Shown: in pieces, positions 57,778-64,000 of the stretch
Layout: each line of letters starts with the position of its first letter
Numbering within the stretch: the first letter of the stretch is position 1
Assembly (NCBI GenBank): GCA_964438505.1
Contig: CAYTKN010000015.1
Location: 1,883-65,882, forward strand
Reading direction: 5' to 3'
DNA: 64,000 nt
From: an uncultured Burkholderiales bacterium
GTDB lineage: Bacteria; Actinomycetota; Acidimicrobiia; IMCC26256; JACPCJ01
The notes under the pieces: generated by a model
What the model was told of the DNA's origin: nothing
The model's database searches: none
The model's input: the letters and a program-made list of their open reading frames with translations, nothing else
Translations under genes and position numbers: made by a program

Positions 57778-58230
57778 TCAGCCGGTGGCCGCAGCGCCCT
57801 CTCGGTGCGCGCGCTCGTCGAGGAGGACACGCAGCACGTCACGGAGCGACGCCATCCCGACCGCGGTGCCGCCCTCGACGACGGGGACGTGACGCACCTC
57901 GTCGAGGAGCATGCGCTCGGCGACGCTCCCGATCGGCTCCTCGGGCCCCACGGTGAGGAGTTGGTCGGCCATGACCCCGTCGGCCCGGTCGACATCGGGA
58001 TCCGCGCCCTCCGCCAGGGCCCGCACGAGGTCGCGCTCCGACACGAGACCGCTCAGGCTCCCCTGCGAGCGGACCAGCACCACCCCGATCGTCTCGCCAT
58101 CGAGCACCTCGGCGACCTGTCGGAGGGTCAGCTCGGCCTGGACGAAGACCGGCGAGCGGCCCACGAGCCGCCGCACGGGCGACGACGTCGTGAGCGGCTC
58201 CTGGAGCGGGTGGGCCAACTCGGTCAGCAT
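57778..58230 (-). CDS. CBS domain pair protein
   Basis: I prefer the internal ATG (MLTELAHPL..) of track ORF 57778..58257. It has two CBS repeats (..VLDGETIGVVLV..GLVSERDLVRAL.. and ..MLLDEVRHVPVVEGG..VGMASLRDVLRVL). Confidence 0.75.
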   Translation of the reverse strand: MLTELAHPLQEPLTTSSPVRRLVGRSPVFVQAELTLRQVAEVLDGETIGVVLVRSQGSLSGLVSERDLVRALAEGADPDVDRADGVMADQLLTVGPEEPIGSVAERMLLDEVRHVPVVEGGTAVGMASLRDVLRVLLDERAHREGAAATG

Positions 58231-58294
58231 GTCTCCTCCTCTGCGTGCGCTTCGCACGTCGTGGTCTCGGGGCTGGTGGTGGCAGGCGCTCCCC

Positions 58295-59362
58295 TCACTC
58301 GAAGTGGATGAGCGGCTTGATGATCCCCTCCTCCTTCGTGCCCATGAGCTCGAAGGCCCGTTCGACCTGGTCGAAGGGATACTCGTGGGTCGTCATGCCG
58401 GTCGGGTCGAACCTGCCGGCCTGCATCAGGCGGAACAGACGCCGCATCCGGTTGCTGCCGCCCGGGCAGAGCGCGGTGAGGATCTTCTTGTCCGACATGC
58501 CCATCCCGAAGGGCTCGAGGGGGATCTGGAGCGGAGCGGGGTTTTCGCCGTGGTAGCCGATGTTGGAGATCCGTCCGCCAGGCTTGGTGGCCCGGATCGC
58601 GGCCTCGAAGGTCTGCGGGAAGCCGAACGCCTCGATCGCGGCGTCCACGCCCTCGCCGTCGGTCAGCTCGAGGATCGCCTCGACGGGGTCGCCTTCGGTG
58701 AAGTCGACGATCACGTCGGCTCCGAACGACTCGGCGAGCTTCTTGCGCTCATCCTTGGCCTCGACGGCGATGATGAGGCCGGCGCCGAGGAGGCGCGCCC
58801 CGATGGTCGCCGAGAGGCCGACGGGGCCCTGGGCGAAGATGGCGACGGTCTCACCGACGGCGAGCTGGGCGTTCTCCGCGCCGGCGAACCCCGTCGAGAG
58901 CATGTCGGTCGCGTACAGCGCCTTCCCGTCGGGGAGGTCGTCGGGGATCGGGGCGAGGTTCGCCTGCGCAGCGGGCACGACGAAGTACTCGGCCATGTTG
59001 CCGTCGATCTGGCCGGTGTACTTGTAGCCGCCGAGCATCCCCTGACACTGCGAGGTGAAGCCGCGCTGGCAGGGCTCACAGCGCCAGCACGGGGTGACCG
59101 CGTTGACCGCGACCCGCTGGCCCAGCTCGAATCCGTGGACGTCGGAGCCCACGGCGTGGAGCACGCCCACCGACTCGTGACCGAGGGTGCGTCCCGCGGG
59201 AACGGGGATGGCGCCGCGAACGGTGTGCACGTCGGACGTGCAGACGAGCGCCGCGGTGGTGCGCACGACGGCTTCGTCCGCCGCCGGCTCGGGGATCGGC
59301 TTCTCGACGATCGCCACCTCACCGACCGCTCTCATCACGAATGCTCGCATCGTTCCGGTCAT
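58295..59362 (-). CDS. Zinc-dependent alcohol dehydrogenase (MDR family)
   Basis: The ATG at 59362 is in frame in track ORF 58295..59551. It has GHESVG (catalytic Zn), the CWRCEPCQRGFTSQC structural-Zn loop, and GQGPVG in the Rossmann fold. It is 355 aa. Confidence 0.85.
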   Translation of the reverse strand: MTGTMRAFVMRAVGEVAIVEKPIPEPAADEAVVRTTAALVCTSDVHTVRGAIPVPAGRTLGHESVGVLHAVGSDVHGFELGQRVAVNAVTPCWRCEPCQRGFTSQCQGMLGGYKYTGQIDGNMAEYFVVPAAQANLAPIPDDLPDGKALYATDMLSTGFAGAENAQLAVGETVAIFAQGPVGLSATIGARLLGAGLIIAVEAKDERKKLAESFGADVIVDFTEGDPVEAILELTDGEGVDAAIEAFGFPQTFEAAIRATKPGGRISNIGYHGENPAPLQIPLEPFGMGMSDKKILTALCPGGSNRMRRLFRLMQAGRFDPTGMTTHEYPFDQVERAFELMGTKEEGIIKPLIHFE

Positions 59363-59393
59363 GGCTGACCTCCTCGGGTCGGTCGCGGGCGGA

Positions 59394-62291
59394 TCACGGT
59401 CGACCCGGTCGGGTCGTCCCGGCCCGCTCCTGTCCACCATCCAGGACGCCACGCGCTTCCACCAGCGTCCCAGGTCCCTCCCCAGCGGGACCTTTGTCAC
59501 CAGCGCGATCTCCCGTGACCATTCCCGCGGAACGCTCCTCGGAGGCCACACGGGTCCGCGGGTGGCGGAGCAGCTTGTGAGCCTCGATGGCGAGGAGGAT
59601 CGTGGCGGCGACGACCACGATCATCATCCAGTGCGCGAGGCCGATCGGCTCCACACGGAGCACGTACTGCGTCGGGGGCAGGTAGAGCGCAGCCACGTGC
59701 ACGCCGAGCGCGCTGAGCGTGGCGAGGAACAGGAAGGGATTGGAGAACGGGTTGACGCGGAAGACGGACCGGTGCTCCGAGCGGGCGTTGCCGACGTGGA
59801 ACGCCATGAACACGACCATGGTCGTGAGGGCGACGGTCTGCGCCATGGCCACGGACCCACTCCGGTCGAGCTCCCAGCGGAAGAGGGCGAGCGTGCCCGC
59901 CGCCATCACCACCCCCGCGACGGCGGTCCGCTCCCACAGGAGTCGCGAGAGAACGCCGTCGTCGGTGCGGCGGGACCGCCGGCGCAGCACGCCCTCCTCG
60001 CCCGGCTCGAAGGCGAGAGCGACGTCCTGGAGTCCGTTCGTGACGAGGTTGAGCCACAGGAGCTGCGCGGGCAGCATGAGGAGGGGCCAGCGCAGCCAGA
60101 CTCCGGCGAGCAGGGCGACGATCATCGCCGCGCCCGTGGAGACGAGGAAGAACGTCACCTTGCGGACGTTGTCGAACGTCACTCGCCCCTCCTCCACGGC
60201 AGCGACGATGCTCGTGAAGTCGTCGTCGGCGAGCACCATGTCGGCCGCTTCGCGCGCCACGTCCGTCCCGCTCCGTCCCATGGCGATGCCGATGGCCGCG
60301 GCCCGGAGCGCGGGGGCGTCGTTCACCCCGTCCCCGGTGACCGCCACCGTCTCCCCCTGTGCCGAGAGCGCGCGGACGATCCGCAGCTTGTCCTCGGGAG
60401 CGACGCGGGCGTAGACGGACACGGTCTGGACGCGACGCCCGAGCTCCTCGTCGGAGAGCCTGCTCAGCGCTGCCCCCGCGAGCACGGCCTCTCCCGCATC
60501 GGGGATGCCCAGGCGCTCCGCGACGGCGCTGCCGGTGTCGGCGTGGTCGCCGGTGATCATCACGACCCGGATGCCGGCGTCGTGGCACGCGGCGATGGCT
60601 TCGCGGACACCGGGTCGTGGCGGGTCCATCATCCCCTGGAGGCCGAGGAACACGAGGCCGTCCGGCTCGGCGAGGTGCTGTTCGGGATCGGCCGGACCGG
60701 CGTCCTCCGAGTGCGCCCGCATCGCCATGGCGAGGACCCGCAGGCCCTGGCCCGCGAGCCGCCGGGCAGTCTCCTCGACGGCGGCGTGGTCGATGGGCGT
60801 GCGGCCCTCGTCGGTGAGCATCTCGACGCACATGGGCGCGACTCGCTCGGGCGCACCCTTGACGAAGGTGGTGAGGACCCCGTGGCGCTCCCGGAGCGCC
60901 GCCGAGTACCTGCGCTCGGGCTCGAAGGGCACCTCGCCGACGAGCGTGTACGCCTCGCGGGCCGATTCGGCTCTGATGCCGGCGACCTCGGCGGAGAGCA
61001 GCAGCGCCACCTCGGTGGGGTCACCGGCCGCCTCGATGCGCGAGTCGTGGTCCCGGGACCGGTACGTGTGGGCCTCGTTGGTCAGGACACCCGCGAGGAG
61101 GGTCTGGTGGAGCGCCGGATGCTCGTCGAGCGCTGCGGACTCGCCGTCGACGGTGATCTCGCGGTCGGCCCCCTCGCCGTCGAACCGGTAGAGCCGGCCA
61201 CCCGCCCACATCTCCTCGACGGCCATCCGGTTCTCGGTGAGCGTTCCCGTCTTGTCGGACCCGATGACCGTCGTGCTCCCGAGGGTCTCCACGGCCGGCA
61301 ACCGGCGGATGATCGCGCTGCGGCGCGCCATCCGGTGGACGCCGAGAGCCAGGGTGATCGTGAAGGCGACGGGCAGGCCCTCGGGGATGACCGCCACCGC
61401 CAGAGCCACGGTGGTGATGAACATGTCGTGGACATCGAGGCCGAGCGCGACGCCCGAGACGAAGGCTGCGAGCGACGCGACGCCGACGGCGACACCGATG
61501 ACCTGTCCGAACCGGGTCATCCGTCGCTGGAGGGGTGTGGGCGGCGGCGTCTCCCCGCGGATCAGTCCGGCGATGGCCCCGAGTTCGGTGGCCGTGCCGG
61601 TGGCGACGACGAGTCCCCTGCCCCGTCCCGTGGTCACGATCGCGCCGGCGTAGGCCATGCCCTTGCGGTCGGCGAGGGGGGTGTCGCTCCCGACGGGATC
61701 GGGTCGCTTCGTCACCGGCAGCGACTCCCCCGTGAGCAGGGACTCGTCGATCTGGAGTGCGCTCGCCGAGACGATGCGGAGATCGGCCGGCACGCGGGTC
61801 CCGGGCTCGAGCAGGACGACGTCGCCCGGCACGAGCTCGGGGCTGTCGAGCTCCCACTCGCGTCCGTCCCGCACGACGTGGGCACGGGGGACGACGAGGC
61901 GTGACAGCGCTCGCACCGCGCCCTCGGCCTTGCGCTCCTGGACGAAGCCGATCGCCGCGTTGATGGCGAGGATCGCGGTGATGACGGAGGCGTCGATGAG
62001 CTCCCCGAGTAGGGTCGTGACCACGGCAGCGGCGAGGAGGATGTAGATGAGCGGGCTGCGGAACTGCCGGGCGAGCACGAGCACGGGGTGCGACGGCGGC
62101 TGCTCCTCGAGCTGGTTCGCTCCGTGGCGCTCCAGGCGCGCGCGGACGGCCGCGGACGTGAGGCCGTGGGTGCGGCTGGTCGCGAGACGCCCCTCGACCT
62201 CGTCGACCGCGAGCGCGTGCCAGTCGACACCTCGGGTGACCCCCCGTGTGTCCACGCGCTCGCGAAGCTCCGATGTGGTCGGTCGGTCCAC
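59394..62291 (-). CDS. Cation-transporting P-type ATPase, type II (SERCA/CtpF-like; ion specificity unknown)
   Basis: The 965-aa product has a Cation_ATPase_N-like N-terminus (..GLTSAAVRARLERHGANQLEE), TGES, DKTGTLTENRM, MITGDH, and VAVTGDGVNDAPAL. It starts with GTG. Confidence 0.88.
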   Translation of the reverse strand: MDRPTTSELRERVDTRGVTRGVDWHALAVDEVEGRLATSRTHGLTSAAVRARLERHGANQLEEQPPSHPVLVLARQFRSPLIYILLAAAVVTTLLGELIDASVITAILAINAAIGFVQERKAEGAVRALSRLVVPRAHVVRDGREWELDSPELVPGDVVLLEPGTRVPADLRIVSASALQIDESLLTGESLPVTKRPDPVGSDTPLADRKGMAYAGAIVTTGRGRGLVVATGTATELGAIAGLIRGETPPPTPLQRRMTRFGQVIGVAVGVASLAAFVSGVALGLDVHDMFITTVALAVAVIPEGLPVAFTITLALGVHRMARRSAIIRRLPAVETLGSTTVIGSDKTGTLTENRMAVEEMWAGGRLYRFDGEGADREITVDGESAALDEHPALHQTLLAGVLTNEAHTYRSRDHDSRIEAAGDPTEVALLLSAEVAGIRAESAREAYTLVGEVPFEPERRYSAALRERHGVLTTFVKGAPERVAPMCVEMLTDEGRTPIDHAAVEETARRLAGQGLRVLAMAMRAHSEDAGPADPEQHLAEPDGLVFLGLQGMMDPPRPGVREAIAACHDAGIRVVMITGDHADTGSAVAERLGIPDAGEAVLAGAALSRLSDEELGRRVQTVSVYARVAPEDKLRIVRALSAQGETVAVTGDGVNDAPALRAAAIGIAMGRSGTDVAREAADMVLADDDFTSIVAAVEEGRVTFDNVRKVTFFLVSTGAAMIVALLAGVWLRWPLLMLPAQLLWLNLVTNGLQDVALAFEPGEEGVLRRRSRRTDDGVLSRLLWERTAVAGVVMAAGTLALFRWELDRSGSVAMAQTVALTTMVVFMAFHVGNARSEHRSVFRVNPFSNPFLFLATLSALGVHVAALYLPPTQYVLRVEPIGLAHWMMIVVVAATILLAIEAHKLLRHPRTRVASEERSAGMVTGDRAGDKGPAGEGPGTLVEARGVLDGGQERAGTTRPGRP

Positions 62292-62322
62292 CCGGCCTCC
62301 TCCAGCTCGCCTGGCTCCTGAG

Positions 62323-62351
62323 GCTCCGTCGGTTGGTACAGCCGACGGAGC
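62323..62351. promoter_or_regulatory. Perfect 10-bp inverted repeat (gctccgtcgg N9 ccgacggagc) in a divergent intergenic region
   Basis: Positions 62323-62332 pair perfectly with 62342-62351, with loop ttggtacag. It lies 32 nt upstream of the ATPase GTG (minus strand) and ~180 nt upstream of the USP ATG. Confidence 0.4.
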
Positions 62352-62531
62352 GTGTCGAGGAGCGCGAACGCCCGTGACCTCCGGTCAGGACGAGCGTCCG
62401 TCGCCCGCGGCGCGGTGCCCAGGGCCGAACGTCCTCATGCCCGGGGCACGGTTCCCGAGCCGGCCGCTCGGGCGTCTGCGAGGAGCCCTTCGACCCTGGC
62501 GGGAGGTGCTGGCTCGGCGGAGCATGGACTG

Positions 62532-63389
62532 ATGAGCGAGATCATCGTGGGTGTCGACGAGTCGGAGGCCGCTGCGGAGGCGTTGCGCTTCGCCGTCCGC
62601 GAGGGCGAGCTGCACGGATGGGCGGTCATGGCCGTGAGCGCGTGGGGCTTCCTCGACCAGCGCCACGCGCTTCCCGACCAGCCCTTCGACCCCTTGTACC
62701 ACGAAGAGGACGCCCAGGCCGCGCTCGACCAGATCGTCGTGGCCGCGCTCGGTGAGGATGCGGCGGGAGTCGAGCGCCGGGCGGTCTGCGACCTGCCGGC
62801 GCGCGCTCTGCTCGAGGCCTCCGAGGGCGCGGGGCTGCTCGTCGTGGGCTCGCGGGGCAGGGGAGGCTTCCGCGGCCTCCTGCTCGGCTCGGTGAGCCGC
62901 CACGTCCTCCACCACGCGCCCGCGCCCACCGCTGTCGTCCGGAAGCTCCCGGAGGCTGCTCCCCGTGAGCAGGAGCGGGTCGTCGTCCCCGTCGACGGCT
63001 CGGAGTCGGCACAGCGCGCGCTGCTGTGGGGTCTCGAGGAGGCGAGGCTGCGCGGGGCCGTGCTGGAGGTGGTGCACGTCTGGCGCGATCCTCAGCTCTA
63101 CCTCTACCCGCCCGTCTCCATGACGTACGACACGAGTGGGTTCGAGCGCTCCGCGCGACAGGTGCTCGAGGACTCGATCGCGCGGGCGGGCGCGTCGAGC
63201 GCCGACCTGCCGGTCGAGCCGGTGTTGCGGAATGGATCCGCCGTTCCGGCGATCCTCGACGTGGCGAGGGACGCGGACCTCGTCGTGATGGGATCCCGCG
63301 GCCTGGGCGGGTTCAAAGGGGTGATGCTGGGGTCGGTGAGCGACCAGGTCACGCAGCACGCGCGCTGCCCGGTCGTCGTGGTCCGCTGA
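62532..63389 (+). CDS. Tandem universal stress protein (two UspA domains)
   Basis: The ATG at 62532 is in frame in track ORF 62352..63389. It has two repeats, each ending in the ATP-binding-type motif (VVGSRGRGGFRGLLLGSVS and VMGSRGLGGFKGVMLGSVS). Confidence 0.88.
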   Translation: MSEIIVGVDESEAAAEALRFAVREGELHGWAVMAVSAWGFLDQRHALPDQPFDPLYHEEDAQAALDQIVVAALGEDAAGVERRAVCDLPARALLEASEGAGLLVVGSRGRGGFRGLLLGSVSRHVLHHAPAPTAVVRKLPEAAPREQERVVVPVDGSESAQRALLWGLEEARLRGAVLEVVHVWRDPQLYLYPPVSMTYDTSGFERSARQVLEDSIARAGASSADLPVEPVLRNGSAVPAILDVARDADLVVMGSRGLGGFKGVMLGSVSDQVTQHARCPVVVVR

Positions 63390-63492
63390 GGACCAGGTCC
63401 CTCGCCGCGGGTCCCGACCAGCGCCGCGCCGCGCGGGCCGACCGGGAGGGGTGTCCCTCATCCGCTGCGGTGGGCCGCGACGAACCGGGAGT

Positions 63493-64000
63493 GTGAGCTT
63501 CGACATCGCGACCTACGAAGAGCAGACGGCACGCCTCGAGTTCGAAGACCTCGACTTCGCCGCGTTCGACCGTCATCCCCTCGCCGACAGCGACCTCCGC
63601 TGTCTCCGCTACATGCACGACGTGGAGCAGCACACGGTGTGCTACCTGCGGGACCTGCTGGTGACACGGGCACACCGCGATCCCGACATCACGACGTTCT
63701 TGACCTTCTGGAACTTCGAGGAGCACTGGCACGGAGCGGCCATCGGAAGGGTGCTGGCCGCTCACGGCGAGCGCGCCGGGGCTGCCCGTGTCGGTCCGAT
63801 GCGAACCCGGCTTCCTCGCCGGGACGCCCTACGGCCGGTCAGCTCGATGCTGGCGTCCCTCCTCGTGCGCGACTTCGTGGCGGTGCACATGACCTGGGGG
63901 GCGGTCAACGAGTGGAGCACGCAGGCCGGCTACGCACGCCTCGTCGCGCGTGCGGACCATCCGGTGCTCACGGAGCTGCTCCGGCGCATCATGAAGCAAG
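63493..64000 (+). CDS. Partial CDS (3' end beyond window): hypothetical protein with a possible ferritin-like/diiron ExxH motif
   Basis: This frame is not in the track because it has no stop inside the window. My translation from the GTG at 63493 is open to the window end (VSFDIATYEEQTARLEF..RYMHDVEQHTV..FWNFEEHWHGAAIG..VHMTWGAVNEWSTQAGY..), with strong third-position G/C bias. The start codon is uncertain, with an alternative GTG at 63451. Confidence 0.45.
   Translation, partial: MSFDIATYEEQTARLEFEDLDFAAFDRHPLADSDLRCLRYMHDVEQHTVCYLRDLLVTRAHRDPDITTFLTFWNFEEHWHGAAIGRVLAAHGERAGAARVGPMRTRLPRRDALRPVSSMLASLLVRDFVAVHMTWGAVNEWSTQAGYARLVARADHPVLTELLRRIMKQ

Noticed and set aside
62421-62435. A DosR-box-like dyad, AGGGCcgaacGTCCT, upstream of the USP gene.
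   Set aside because: It matches the remembered consensus (TTSGGGACTWWAGTCCCSAA) at only about 12 of 20 positions, and the dyad is imperfect. I mention it only as a pointer, not as a called site.
57740-64000. A genomic island integrated at tRNA-Pro.
   Set aside because: There is no integrase, no transposase, no direct repeat of the tRNA 3' end, and no visible compositional change within the window. This cannot be judged without the downstream sequence.

Overview
This is a very GC-rich, gene-dense chromosomal segment that looks actinobacterial. GC content was judged by eye and not computed. Almost every long reverse-frame ORF in the track is a GC-driven artefact. I support about 60 coding genes, one tRNA-Pro(GGG), four short intergenic tandem-repeat loci, a few hairpins, and a set of candidate leaderless promoters.

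The core of the window (tlyA-nadK-recN-steA-mctB/steB ... pyrG-nudix-xerD ... scpA-scpB-rluB ... cmk ... der) follows the gene order I recall for Mycobacterium tuberculosis Rv1694-Rv1713. Lineage-specific insertions break that order:
- a murJ / large membrane protein / MraY-like phosphoglycosyltransferase / GT-C glycosyltransferase envelope cluster;
- ald;
- aroH-tyrA-aroA;
- plsC, a class-V aminotransferase, ispH and DUF512.

Other content is korAB, a Liv-type ABC transporter, a 7-gene Mrp antiporter operon, HMG-CoA lyase with an acyl-CoA carboxyltransferase, and UPF0182. Next to the tRNA lies a stress-type module of a CBS protein, an ADH, a P-type ATPase and a tandem USP.

I see no CRISPR array, transposase, integrase, phage gene or recognisable defence system, so I cannot honestly point to a clearly novel system. 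The most checkable oddity is a single in-frame TAG inside an otherwise intact recN. The most system-like candidate is the envelope glycoconjugate cluster inserted between steB and pyrG. The recurrent perfect tandem repeats next to promoters also deserve a look. All functional calls rest on motif and family recognition from the translated ORFs, not on database searches.
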